Below, in pieces: positions 24,074 through 36,870 of a stretch of DNA of 64,000 nt. The stretch lies in assembly GCF_964194155.1 (NCBI RefSeq), contig NC_135888.1:118606001-118670000 (forward strand), given 5' to 3'. The notes beneath the pieces are model-generated. The model had not been told where the DNA came from and made no database searches. It was given only the letters and a program-made list of their open reading frames with translations. The translations under genes were made by a program, and so were the position numbers. Source of the stretch: Cetorhinus maximus (taxonomy: Eukaryota). How positions within the stretch are numbered: the stretch's first letter is position 1; each line of letters opens with the position of its first letter.

Positions 24074-26014
24074 CTATGAGTAAACAAAAGGCCAGATCAA
24101 GGTTGAAAATTTGCTTTTAATTTAATGATGAAGCAGTACATGAAAGGCTGATATGGTAATAAAGTTGGCGACTGAATAACCTGAGCAGTAGAAAGCTAGG
24201 ATGCAGGATTGTAACAGGGACCTCCCACTCCCATGCAAGCGCACACACATACATAGTGAGTTGTGCTAATGTAATAGGCACTGGCCTGCAGCCAGGTCCA
24301 TTTTGGGGAGGGGGTGGCGGGGCAAGTGTATGAGTCAGGACGCTCAGAGACCTATGGAAAATTGGCTGGTCATACTCTTGGCGAAGATAAATCGTGAAGT
24401 TTAGGCTGAAGGTAAATAAAATAATTCTTGGAATACTATTCCCATTTTCATTTTTAAAAAATAATCTTTATCTATAGAAACACAAGCCTAATACTTAAGT
24501 TTTCTATGGGCATCTTATGGTCAGTCAGGTGTTCAATATATGCTTCACACCATACATCAATACATACATCACCATGCATGAGTTTCAAACAAACTACTGG
24601 AATATCCACAATTCCTGTGTACCTGGTAATGGACTGCACAGTGTTTCCCTGCAGGAATACATCCCACTTATCTAGGCATCCATGGAAGCTAAGAATTTCC
24701 CAGATATATGATGGGGGCTGCTGGAATTTAACCAATTAAAACTAAGCACACAACTTTGGTAAGCATCCCAGTGTCTGTCTAAGCAAGACCAACCTGTCAG
24801 CTAGGACACTGGGGCCATTTGGCTTCGAGTGGTATGTTCTTTTTCCAGGTGCCACCAGTAAGCCAAACTGGCTAGTTAATAATAATAAGACCTGCCTAGC
24901 TTAGGCAATAGATTGCTGAGTCTTCTGAAAAGATCCTTTCCATCCTTAGTACTATAGTTTGGAGCCAACTTGAACATGAAGGAACCACACTTAGCTTCAC
25001 CTAACCTTCAAAACAATGATGAATCATCAATATTTAGTCCATAGCACATCACCATTGGTTCTGTAAATGTTCTGATACATGAAGCATATCCATTTCTCTA
25101 GCATGCAACAAAGTAACACAGTTCTTCATCGTACCTCAGTAATGCAAGGAAAGAACCAGCATTTATGGTCATTGTCTAACATGATGTCAACAAGCTATGC
25201 AAATAGTCGAGCTCCGTCTAGTTGCCAGCATTTTCACAGCTTATCTGAACAATAGTGTTTTCTGTGCATAGTTAGAAAACAATGAGGACTTTCGGTCTGA
25301 GAAACATTCCAGTGCAGCTCATCCTACATGACCACAGCTGGGGCCCAATTTGAGCTCAATAACAAAAGATGTAGCCACTGGAAGCACAAATTATGATTTT
25401 TTTTAAAGAATTACATCCAACACTTGCTGATTGCCGGGGTAACATAAAACATGCAAGCACATTTAGATCTGGAAGATTTGCAAACAATAGGAGAATATTA
25501 TTTCTGTAAAAAATACTGAACATAAAGAGACTGCTGAGCTTCCTTTCATGTTTTCAACTGTTGACAGTGGAAGAAATCACTCTGTAATTAAAAAGTTACT
25601 TTACTCAAGCTTGCTCACTATTTACATTTTCCACTGAAGTATCTACAATCTGTCACAACTATAATTTTAATTCCAATCTTCCAATCTTCAATAACTATAA
25701 AGTATGTAATTAAGATAGGCAGTCTGTCTTTCTGTAGATATTTTTGGATTCAGCAATGCAACTTTCTTTTGCAGGTGAGCCTTTGCTTCATACATCTGAG
25801 AATGTGTTTTCACTTACCAAAGTATCTAGGCAAGCATGTAGTGTGCCCAGGATTTAAACAGAGAACCCTGTGGAGAGTATAGAAATAGGAGGATAGAGCA
25901 GATAAATACATGGCTGGACAGATGGTGCATGAGGAAGGGCTTTAAATTCCTGGGGCATTGGAACCAGTTCTAAGGGAGGTGGGATGTGTACAGACCAGAC
26001 AGTTTGCGCCTCAA

Positions 26015-26127
26015 TATAAAAGCAAAATACAGCGGATGCTGGAAATCTGAAACAAAAACAAAAATTGCTGGAAAAACTCAGCAGGTCTGACAGCATCTGT
26101 GGAGAGAAAGGTAGAAATCACGTTTTG
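26015..26127 (-). mobile_element. Penelope-type terminal repeat inserted in CR1 ORF1
   Basis: Same family as 3120-3255. Flanked by TTGCGCCTCAA / TTGCACCTCAA (11-bp TSD with 1 mismatch). Confidence 0.75.
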
Positions 26128-26184
26128 TTGCACCTCAAAATTGCTGGGTCCAAAGTCCTTTGTTAGTACTGTTCGGGGAGGTTT

Positions 26185-28808
26185 TGTAGTAACTATGGTT
26201 TTATTTAGTGTGTAATGTACCTTGAAGAATAATACTTGTTAGGCAAGATCACATGGTCTGTAAAACCAATAGGACAGTAGCTTGGGCTACCTCATCAGGC
26301 AGTGTAGAGATAGAGTCAGAGTTGAAAGTACACATGTAGTTGCTGCTGAATATATTGTAAATAAACTTCCATCCAAGAAGTGTCTGCTGATCAACTCTGT
26401 TTGAATCCAGCTAGATTCACAGGGCCTCCACCCAGTTGAGGAGAAAATGAGAGCCATAAGAGAGGCATCTGCGCCAAAGAACGCCTCAGAGCTCAAATCA
26501 CTCCTCGGAATGATCAACTATTACATGCGGTTCTTACCCAATCTGTCTACAGTGCTGACCCTCCTGCATTCTCTACTCAAAAAGAACCAACGTTGGTCTT
26601 GAGAGGCACCCCAGAAAGAAGCTTTCATAAAGGTGAAACAATTGTTGCACTCGTTCAATCTATTAGTGCATTATGACCAGACGAAAGAATTGGTGTTGAC
26701 ATGTGACGCATCCCCCTAAGGAATGGGAGCAGTGCTTTCTCATCGGATGGATGACAGCACAGAATGGCCAAAAGGTTACGTATCAAGAATGCTCACCACA
26801 GTGGGAAAGGAATACTCACAGATAGAAAAAGGTCTGCCCACCATCTTTAGTGTCAAGAAATTTAACCAGTATGTACACAACCACCATTTTACAATTGTTT
26901 CAGACTTCAAACCATTGCTAGGATTGTTTAATGAGGACAAGGCTATACCACCCATAGCCTCAGCAAGAATACAACAATGGGCGTTAATTCTGGCAGCATA
27001 TGAACACACTTTCGAATATAGACTTGGCAATCAAATCACAAATGCCGATGCGCTTAGCCTTTACAAGAAAATGATAAGCACGCCCCAGTTCCACAGGAAC
27101 TTGTTTTACTATTAAATTTCTTCGATTCCTTGGTGGTATGTGCTTGACAGATCAGAGAATGGACAAGTCGTAGCCCAGTCCTATCTCAAGTATGAGAACA
27201 AGTACTACATAGTTGGTAACAGGAGTCTGTATCTGGCGAAATGAAACCGTACTTCACCAGAAGACATGAAATTACCAGCCAGGATGGCATCTTCTTGTGG
27301 GGAGCACGAGTGATAGTTCCTCCAAAAGGAAGGCAGCCACTTTTAATTGAACTACACTCTGCCCATCCAGGAATTTCCCGAATGAAGACCATGGTACGCA
27401 GCTATCTATGGTGGCTCAGAATGGGTGGCAAAATGGAGAGTTTAGCAAAGCACCGTGTGCAATGTCAGCAACTGTAAAAGTTGCCAGTGACAGCTCCGTT
27501 ACACCCATGGGAGTGGCCAGGTAGTTCCTGGGTGCAGTTACAGATTGACCACATTGGACCTTTCCTGGGAACAATGTTTCTGCTCATTGTTGATGCCCAT
27601 TCAAAATGGTTGGACATATATGAGGTGAAGTCACCAACGTCGGCCCCTACAATTGAGAAACTATGTCAGGGTTTTGCCATTCACGGACTACCAGAAGTAG
27701 TTGTTCCCGATAACGGCACAATGAGTGCTGAGTTTCAACAGTTTAGCAGTGTCAATGGCATCACTCATGTGAAAACTGCACCGTACCACCCTTCCTCAAA
27801 CAGACTGGCCGAAAGGGCGGTTCAAATTTTCAAGGCAGGCATGAAAAATCTAACTGGCGATTCCTTGGCAACCAAGCTAGCACGCTTTCTTTTTCATTAT
27901 AAGACTGCCCCTCATACAACAACAGGTGTCACACCTGTGGAGTTATTATTGAAATGCTGTCTCAGGAGGAGATTGAGTTTAATAATGTCAAATTTAGAGG
28001 AGAAGGTGGAAAGGAGTCAGGGAAGTCAAAAGACTAAACACGACTGGCATAGTCGCGAGAGGAAATTTACCATGGGGCAGCCGGTATACGTGAAGAGCTT
28101 CGGGGAAGGACCAAAGTGGTTACCGGGTGAAATAAGTGCGGTGACTGGACCTTTATATTACCACGTGGAGGCAGAAGGCCGGATCATTCGTAAACATGTG
28201 GACCATTTAAGGAAAAGAGAGACAAATCATCAAGATATAGTTCTACCAGTGACCATGACTTGGTCCGCGCTTCCTGTTGAGGATGCTCAACCCAGGACAG
28301 ACATGTCTGATGTTCCTGTAAGAATTGAGGATACAGAATTGCAAGTGCCCACCAAAGCACCTGATATTCAGGCAACTACAGAAAAGGAAGTTCTTGACAA
28401 AAAATCTGAAGTTGTGGAGCAGCGACGTTCCACACATGCCAGGAAACTGCCAGGAAGACTGAGCTCATAATACTTACACTGGGTAAGTAATTTATGTTGT
28501 CTTGAAAAATATGTACTTGTAAATATATGTATAGTCGAGTTAAAGGGGGAGGAATGTAATAACTATGGTTTTATTTAGTGTGTAATGTACCTTTAAGAAT
28601 AAGTTGTTAGGCAAGATCACATGATCTGTAGTAACCAATAGGAGAGTGGCTTGAGCTACCTCATCAGGAATTGTAGAGATAGAGTCAGAGTTGAAAGCAC
28701 ATGTGCAGTTGCTGCTGAGTATATTATAAATAAACTTAAAGTTTCCACCCAAGAAGTGTCTGTTGAAATACTCTATCATTAATAGCACAACATGGCCATC
28801 CTATAACA
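26185..28808 (+). mobile_element. Ty3/Gypsy LTR retrotransposon, internally deleted
   Basis: LTRs at 26185 to about 26400 (3'-truncated) and 28555-28808 (TG..CA). PPT AAAGGGGGAGGA before the 3' LTR. 4-bp TSD GTTT. Pol remnant: LGMINYYMRFLPNLS, LTCDAS, RNase H, integrase. Confidence 0.92.
27241..28470 (+). pseudogene. Gypsy integrase (HHCC zinc finger plus DDE core), one internal stop
   Basis: LHSAHPGISRMK..WW..CQ, then HPWEWP..IDHIGPF..VDAHSKW..DNG..PYHPSSNRLAERAV. Confidence 0.9.
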
Positions 28809-29649
28809 GTTTTAAACTAACTTGACAAGGTGATAGGAGCCAGGACATACCATTAGGTAGGGTAAACAAGGTGCACAAAAGAATGGGAGAGGAAGGTATC
28901 AATCACTTGAGCAAAAAATGGTACAGAATTATCTGGGGTCAGACTAAGAGGAAATACAGTAAGATCTAATTCAGGTGCATGTATAGGTTGGTGAGCTCCA
29001 AGCATAAGTAACCACATGGGAATATGATGTGTTGATAAAGGAGACCCGACTCAAAAAGTGGCAGGAGTGGATACTAAATGTCTCTGAATATAAGGTGTTC
29101 AGGAAAGATAGGGAAGAAAAGAAAGGTTGTGTATTCAGGAGAATATTAAAATGTTGGAGAGAAAGGATGTCCTGGAATGGCTAAGGATAGAATTTATTTG
29201 ATTAGAATTAAGAATCAATAGAGATGCCATTATACTTCTGGGTGCATTCTTTAGGCCACCAACTAGTGGAAAAGATGTGGTGGAGCAAATTTGCAGGGAA
29301 ATCACAGGGAGTTGCAAGAATTACAGAGTAGTGATTATGAGGGGCTTTAATGATCCTAATATAAACTGGGATAGCATTAGAGTAAAGGGCAGAAAGAGAA
29401 AGAAGTTTCTGAAGTGTGTGCAGCAGAATTATCTAGATCAGTACCTTTCTGACCCAACAAGGAAGAAGGCATTGCTGGGTTTGGTTTGGGGAATGATACG
29501 GGTCAAGTGGATCAAGTGTCAGTATGGTAACATTTGGGGAACAGTGCTCATGGTGTCATAAGGTTTAGATTAGCCATGGGAAAAGACAAGGAGCAATCTA
29601 GAGTAAAAGTACATAATTGGAGGAGTGCCAATTTCAGTGGATTGGAATG

Positions 29650-30765
29650 TCAGGCAGTGCGTTCCAGACCTTAACCACTTGCTGAGTGAAAAAGCTTTCC
29701 TCATATCGGTTTTACTTCTTTTGCCAATTACTTTAAATCTGTGCCCTCTCATTCTTGATCCTTTCACAAGTGGGAACAGTTTCTCCCTATCTTCTCTATC
29801 CAGACCCCTCATGATTTTGAATACCTCTATCAAATCTCCTTCCAGCCTTCTTTTCTCCAAGGAAAACAGTTCTAAATTCTCCAACCTATCTTCATAACCG
29901 AAGTTCCTCATCCCTGGAACCATTCTCATGAATTTTTTTTGCACTCTCCCCAATGCCTTCACATCCTTCCTAAAATGCAGTGCCCAGAACTGGACACTAT
30001 ACTCCAGCTGAGGCCGAAATAGTGTCTTACACAAGTTTAGCATAACTTCTTTGCTCTTGTACTCTATGCCCCTATTAATAAAGCCCAGGATACTGTATGC
30101 TTTATTAACTGTGCTCTCAACCTGTGCTGCACCTTCAATGACTTAAGCACATGTACACCCAGGTCCATCGGCTCCTGCATTCCCTTTAGAATTGTGACCT
30201 TTATTTTATATTGTCTCTGCATGTGCTTCCTACTAAAATGAATCACTTCGTATTTCTCCACATTGAACTTCATCTGCCACCTGTCCACCCATTCCACCAA
30301 CTTCTCTATGTCCTTTTGAAGTTCTACACTATCATCCTCACAGTTCACAATGCTTCCAAATTTCGTATCATCCACAAACTTTGAAACTGTGCCCGCTACA
30401 CTAAGGTCCAAGTCATTAATATTTATCAGGAATAGCAAAGGTCCTAACACTGACCCCTGGGGAACTCCATTACATACCTTACTCCAGCCTGAAAAACATC
30501 CATTAGCCACTACTCTTTGTTTCTTGTCACTCAGCCAATTTCATATCTCAGTAGTACCATGTTTATTCCATGAGCGATAATTTTGCTTACAGTTCTTACC
30601 ATATTAATAGCATTGCTCTCATCAACCCTCTCTATTACCTCTTCAAAACACTCCAGCAAGTTAGTTAACCACAATTTTCCTTTAAGAAATCTATGCTGGC
30701 TTTTCTTAATTAATCCACATTTGTCCATGTAATTAGTAATTTTGTCCTGGATTATTATTTCTTAC
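29650..30765 (-). mobile_element. CR1 ORF2 RT fragment inserted in opposite orientation
   Basis: GVPQGSVLGPLLF..FVDDTK and RPQLEYSVQFW..RRLEGDLIEVFK. Confidence 0.9.
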
Positions 30766-33438
30766 GAGACGCAAAGAGAGAGAATGAGAAGAGACCGGAA
30801 ATTAACATATAAGGGAATTCAAAAGTCCCTTATAGGCATATAAATTGTAGGGTTGTAAGCAGAAAGTGAGACTGATTGGGGATCAAAAAGGGGATCTATG
30901 CATTGAGCAGTAGACTTGGCTGGGTACTAAATGCAAACTTTGCAGATGTCTTTACTAAGGTAGAAGATGCTGAAAAAGTCACAGTGAAGGAGGAGGTAAC
31001 TGAGATACTGGAAGAGCTAATAATTGATAAATAAATTATATTAGAAAGTCTGGCTGTACTTAAAGTTGATAAGTCACTAGGACCAGATGGGATGCATCCA
31101 AGAAAATTTAAGGGAGGAAATTGTGGAGGTACTACAGGGATGGTGCCAGAGGACTGGAGAACTGCAATGGTTACACATTTGTTCACAAAAGGGATGTAGG
31201 GATAACCCCAGTAACTACAGACAAGTCATTTTAACCTTAGTGGTGGGAAAGCTTTTAGAAACAATAATCTGGGACAAACTTAAGAATCACTCAGAAAAAG
31301 GTAGATTAATTAAGGAAAGCCAGCAGAGATTTGTTAAAGGCTAATCATGTTTAACTAATTTCATAGAATCATAGTATCATATAATGGTTGCAGCACTACA
31401 GGAGGCCATTCAGCCTGTAGCGTCTGTGTCGGCTCTCAGTAAGAGCAAATCAGCTAGTCTCACTCCCCAGCCCTTTCCCTGTAGCCCTGCAATTTTTTCT
31501 CTCTTCAGCTGCTTATCCAATTCCCTTTTGAAACAAAACAAAATTACAAACTATGTTTTCTCCAACATGACTGCAGACTTTGGGAATGTAATATACATTC
31601 AAGCACGGCAATTTTAGGATTCAAAATGCTTACACTACAGATTGCAGTTTGACCATTTCCAACTGCAAGCTCAATGGTTTAATACCTGTTGGACAAAGAG
31701 AAATGTTGTTTGTCACAGACATTTTTTGTTGTCCTGCAGCAATAACTAATGAGGTGGAATATAGCAGACAGCAAGAATTTGCCCATTGCAGCAAAGTCCC
31801 TGTGAGAAAAGTGATTCAATTAAGTAGCTGCTATGTTCATCTCAAAATAACTCAAACTGCAAGTACCTGCTAAAAATTTGATTGAATCTTTTGGTGAGGC
31901 AACAATGAGGGTTGATGAGGGTAATGTGGTTGATGTGGTGCATACGGAATTCCAAAAGGTATTTGATAAAGTGCCTCTTTTGCAGGCTTGTCAGCAAAGT
32001 GAAAATCCATGGAATAAAAGGGACATTGGTAGCATGGATACGACTTTGACTGAAACTGAGAGTAGTGGTAGACACTTGTTTTGTGGATGTTCCCCAAGGA
32101 TCAGGACTAAGACCACCGCTTTTCTTGATATATTACTGACTTAGATATGGTGTACAAGGTGCACTTTTGAAATTTGCCGATGATACAAAACTTAGAAGAT
32201 TTGTGAACTGTGAAGAGGATAGTGATAGACTTTAAGAGGACATAGGCTGACGGAAAGGGTGATGGGGAGAAACTGTTCCATTTGACAGATGGGTCGAGAA
32301 TGCGAGGGCGTAAATTTAAGCTGATTGGCTAAAGAAAGAAAGGAAGCATGAAAAAACATTCTTTTATGTAGCGAATGGTTAGGATCTGGAATGCACTGGC
32401 AGAGAGGGTAGTGGAGACAGATTCAATTGTAGTTTTCAGAAAGGAATTGGATAAGTATCAAAAGATAACAATTTTTTAGGGTTACCAGGAAAGGGCAGGG
32501 GAATGCGACCAGCTGAATTGCTTTTGGTGCAGACTAGATGTACTGAATAGCAATGACAATACAGCACTCCTTCTGTGCTATAACCATTCTATGATTCTAT
32601 GTTCATTCTTATTTCAGTTTAATGGTTTTACTGTGTGCCTTCACCTGCTCTTTGTTGATTTCAGAAGGCAGCAGAATATCATTATACTAGATGGTGACTA
32701 AGGTCTTAACTGACAAATAAATTTATTAAATAGTAAAAAAAAATGAATGCTGCTGCGACGCAAAGTACATTTTGTTGTAGTTATTCAGCTCACCTATCTC
32801 CTCAAGTAACTGGAAAATAACAAATAATTATGACTATTGCAGAAACTGGCATGCAATTTCCATGTGGTATATCCTGTCACGATTCACAGAACCTATCTGG
32901 CCTGATTATCTCTCAACACCAGACAGGTTCCACAATTGGACCAAGAAGGCTAAGGAGTAGTTTCCAGAAAATAACTGAGACAAAAGCAATTTAAATAATT
33001 GTTAAAATTCCCGCCAAAAAGCTGTCAATCAAATGCCCAATAAAGCAAATTCTACAAGATGTTTGGACTTGAATTAAGTAGTTTGGCAACCTCCTTTGGA
33101 CAACTGGATGAGACATAATCTGTAATAACTTGCATTACAGTAAAGATTTTCCATGAATGGAGCTTTGAGTTTTTTTAACTTCTTACATGCTGTCACAAGT
33201 TAAAGAAGCCAGTACCATGTTAAACCTTAGACGTAAAGGATTAACTTTGTCACAAGTGATCGTTCACTGGAATTAAAAAGACAAATTTTTTCAAGTCTGC
33301 TGCATTTTGCTTTTTTCACTATCTACTGACAATCTGCCAGGACTGAAATTTTACTTTTGTTCTTAATCTCAATAACCAGTGAGTATGGAAGATATACAAG
33401 GAAAGGTAGAAAGATAATCTTTCATAATTCAAAATAGT

Positions 33439-33610
33439 GCTGAAAAAAGAGACATGCTGTTGAAGATTGCACCATGACAATGCCTCCACCAATCAGAGTT
33501 CAGTTCTCATGCAGTATAAATTGTTGTTCCCTTTGAGATTTACTATTCTTGCGATTCTGTCCTGATGAGTGCAAGATGAAAAGCTTTGATAGCATGTCTC
33601 TTTTTTCAGC
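33439..33610. mobile_element. Short fold-back element containing a hammerhead motif
   Basis: Inverted ends GCTGAAAAAAGAGACATGCTGTTGAAG (33439-33465) and CTTTGATAGCATGTCTCTTTTTTCAGC (33584-33610). Confidence 0.65.
33557..33592 (+). ncRNA. Minimal type I hammerhead ribozyme-like motif with canonical CUGAUGA/GAAA core
   Basis: CUGUC-CUGAUGA-GU-GCAAG-AU-GAAA-AGCU-UU-GAUAG. Stem I CUGUC/GAUAG, 2-bp stem II, palindromic AAGCUU stem III. Confidence 0.6.
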
Positions 33611-34211
33611 AAAACTCAAGTTCTATGCTAACAAGCAACTATTTGTAAACCCCCTCTGCTATCTCTGACCTTCCATTCCCCATGATTTCTGACAGCTCCC
33701 CCCCCCTTCCCCCACTCACTTAACTGTTATCCATTCCTCAGCTGCTTTCCCACCCGCCTGGCAGCCGGTTTATCAATCAGGCTGACTGGCGGGAAACCTG
33801 CTGGAAAGGTGCAAAAGGTGTCCTGCACTTAAGTTCTGTGGGATGTCCAGGGAAACCTTACATCCGGGTTTCCAACCAGAAATCCTCCTTTCCCACTCCC
33901 TTCACAATCACGAGTAATTATCAGGGCCCAAATATCTGTAAACTTGCAATAATGACAAATACAGGTTCTTTTTATCAGGTTAAATCAAGGTGTGAACTTG
34001 CTATATAGCCTTATGAAGTATACTTACTGCAAAATTCTGAGTTAACTGCATCTAATTATGCCAAAAAAAAGCCTGCTTAACCATCGGAAGTAGAGAACCA
34101 ATCTTTGAATTTAAACGTTAACAAGAAATTAAGTTTGGTTCAAAAGCGAATTCCATGCACAATGATGTTTTTACACTTGTCTATATCTTAATAAAAGGGA
34201 ACTTTCTTTAC

Positions 34212-34428
34212 CTGCCGTTGAAAGGGTTATCCCCAGGGATTATGTGAGTTCTATCTTTGCCCACCAGGAGCTTAATGCGATCATAAAAAGATCTCACAAC
34301 TTGAGTAGAGAGTTCCCATTGGTTCTGCTGAATGATGTCAAGGGGGTCATGCGACCCATGACAGAGAGGGTTAGACTGGCAGCTGGATTGAAGACAGCAG
34401 TCTGGATCCATGCAATCTATCAGTCCAT
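34212..34428 (-). CDS. TENM2: Teneurin-2 coding exon (Cys-rich region, [20 protein letters not shown]), phase 1 to 2
   Basis: GTAG|AT acceptor, AG|GTAAAG donor, 217 nt. DPLDIIQQ and SFYDRIKLL match TENM2. Confidence 0.95.
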
Positions 34429-36529
34429 CTACATCAACAGAGAGAAGGATATATTTATTCAGCATAGGTCAAATTCAATTTTGCAATATGATGGTCATAT
34501 CCTGTGGTTATTTTCTCACAAGTGGACACATACAAAGCTGGTCATGGCAAATTTTGTACCATATGAATCATTGCTTTCTTAATTTTTAATCACACATTGC
34601 TGGAAATGCTCCTTCAGAAGATTTTCTACCTTCCCGTGTGGCAGAATAGCTGCTTTTGTCATTACATGTAGAAAAACAGACATTTTAAAAAAATTACCAC
34701 ATTGCTACGATCTGCAAACAGATAAATTCTCAACCTGCACTCCCCCACCCGCACCACTCCTCTTTCCCAAACTTCTCTGAAAATTGCCTCTTAAAAAATA
34801 TTCTTTGATACTGTGTGTTTCTCAAACTCTTGCAAATATATGTACAAAGTTATTGTTGTAATTATGAATTGAAAGGAGGTGAAAAGCTGAAAAGGTCTTG
34901 TGGTATTCAGAGTGCTGAAGATCAAGAGCTTATCCGCATAACAAATGTTACACAATGGGGAGAAATGTGGCAATATAACTTTCCAAGGGACATGTACATA
35001 AATATTGAAGAAAGCTGTTCTTTTAATGAGACAAACTGAATCTGTAATAAACACCATACCCCATAGTATCATTAAGCCCTTTTCTGTGGCAAATATGACA
35101 AGAAATGGTGAGATATTGCACATTCCCAACACCTCATTGATCTAGACAGCGAAAAGCTTGGTGGTATAGTTATTTTTGTTCTAGATTCTCATTACTGGGC
35201 AAACCTGGCAGTGTTTTGTGCAGTTAGGCAGTTAGTGGACTCCTCATCTACCCATTTTATTCCCATGTATGGCTCCCAGAGAGACCATCAGTCAACATAA
35301 GCACATTTATCTGTCAGCCAGCCCCATCAGAAATATAGTTATGCAACAATCTTCACTAAATTAATCTGCTACGCAATTCTGCATTAATCTTGGAGACAAT
35401 CAAGTACTCATCAAACTGTGAAGAGCTGCCACTACACAAAGCAGGAGACTGAAAAATGTGATATCATAGCCTCCTTAGAAAGCAACATCAGCAAAGTCTC
35501 AGCGGTGTACCGTCAGCTAAAAGGGAGGACTTGATATTCTCATGCACAGCTGTCACCCCAGAGAATCAGAATCACATCGGCCTTGTTATTTGCTTATATT
35601 TATTATTTACAAGTACAATATTTTTGTGGTTTGTTTGACTCCAGCAGCACATACTTGATCTTGAAGCAGAACCATTGTTTAATTTAATAATGATTTCAGT
35701 ATTTTCACCAACATTAACAGCCTGCCAACATTATTTTAAAATTAGAAGCCCAAGAGTGCTGAGGTCATAATCTTCAATCTGGATTGCTTTGGAGGAACAG
35801 CTGGTCAAAGATTCCTGCCTATGTGTGACCTCACCGCATTTCACTGTAGCAGATGCAATCATGCCCAGTATTACACTTGTCACTGAACCTAATCTAAGGA
35901 AAGATGAAGGCAGGACCAGTCTGGTTGGTTTGGCTTAGGTCTTGTGCACTTTTAGGCTTAACAGTTCTACTCCCTTGTGCTTCCAGGCCTCAGTCACTTG
36001 GGCCTCACACCTGTCAGACTCAGCAACTCCTTCCCAGCAAGTTCCTCCAATGATGCAACTGTTTAAAGCACTGCCAACATTCCAAATTCACCTGTGACCC
36101 ATATTATTTATGGAAGATTTATAATGCTTGTGATTCACATGGGTAAATTAAATTACAACTTTAAGTTCCCACATTAATAATGAGTATTGGAAAAAACTTG
36201 CACAAGTCACTAGGCTTGTTATCGACCAACAGGAGTTGGCAATGCTGTGTTTACGAATCAAAGAAATGAACAGATCGAAAAAATGTTTAAATTAATCACA
36301 CTTCTTTACAATTGACAGTTTATTTTCAAGAAAAAGGTTCCAAGCATTGGGGCACCTACACACATCACTACAAAGCGGTAGGGTATGGGTTCACATCCAT
36401 CCCAGTACACCTGAGTTCCTGATTTGAGTTACATTGCTGTTAGGCATCAGGGGCTAGACGCTTGTCCATAAGCAGGTTGGAGAATTATCAATGGACCATT
36501 CCTGTGCAGTTTTTTTTTCTGGGCTGGGG

Positions 36530-36870
36530 GTTTCTAACTCTCGAGGATTGCCCTGGATGCTCCAGGAATTAAAATCTATTCTTCAGGACACTGCTGCAAA
36601 GAGCTCAGGAGAAAAATTGTAGGGATAATAAAAAAAGTTGTGTATTTTTTCAATTGAACATTTCTGTTTATTATTTATAAAAAAAATATCAGGCCTATGG
36701 AAACAAGGCTGGTGGCTGACAGTGAAGAACCATCCAATCAGGTAGTGAAGGGTCTATTTTCTGATTGGTGTAGAAGGTGGTGCATCATGGGAATGGACAT
36801 TAAAAACAGAAAATGCTGCAAATACTCAGCAGGTCCAGCAGCATCTGTGAATAATGAAACAAAGCTAATA
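36530..36870. mobile_element. Remnant of the AGGGTTGCC-type DNA element plus a short Penelope pLTR piece
   Basis: The 5' part resembles 9790-9880. 36800-36870 is AAAACAGAAAATGCTGCAAATACTCAGCAGGTCCAGCAGCATCTGTG. Confidence 0.45.

Larger units (their letters stand above)
25830..32600 (+). mobile_element. CR1 LINE (ORF1 esterase end plus ORF2), fragmented by nested insertions
   Basis: ORF1 end (WCMRKGFKFLGHW; GTTCGGGGAGGTTT..AAACTAA) at 25830-26184. EN at 28809-29645 (FRPPTS, GFNDPNINW). RT at 30770-31360 and 31865-32600 (FQKVFDKVP, FADDTKL). TTCTATGA tail. Confidence 0.8.
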
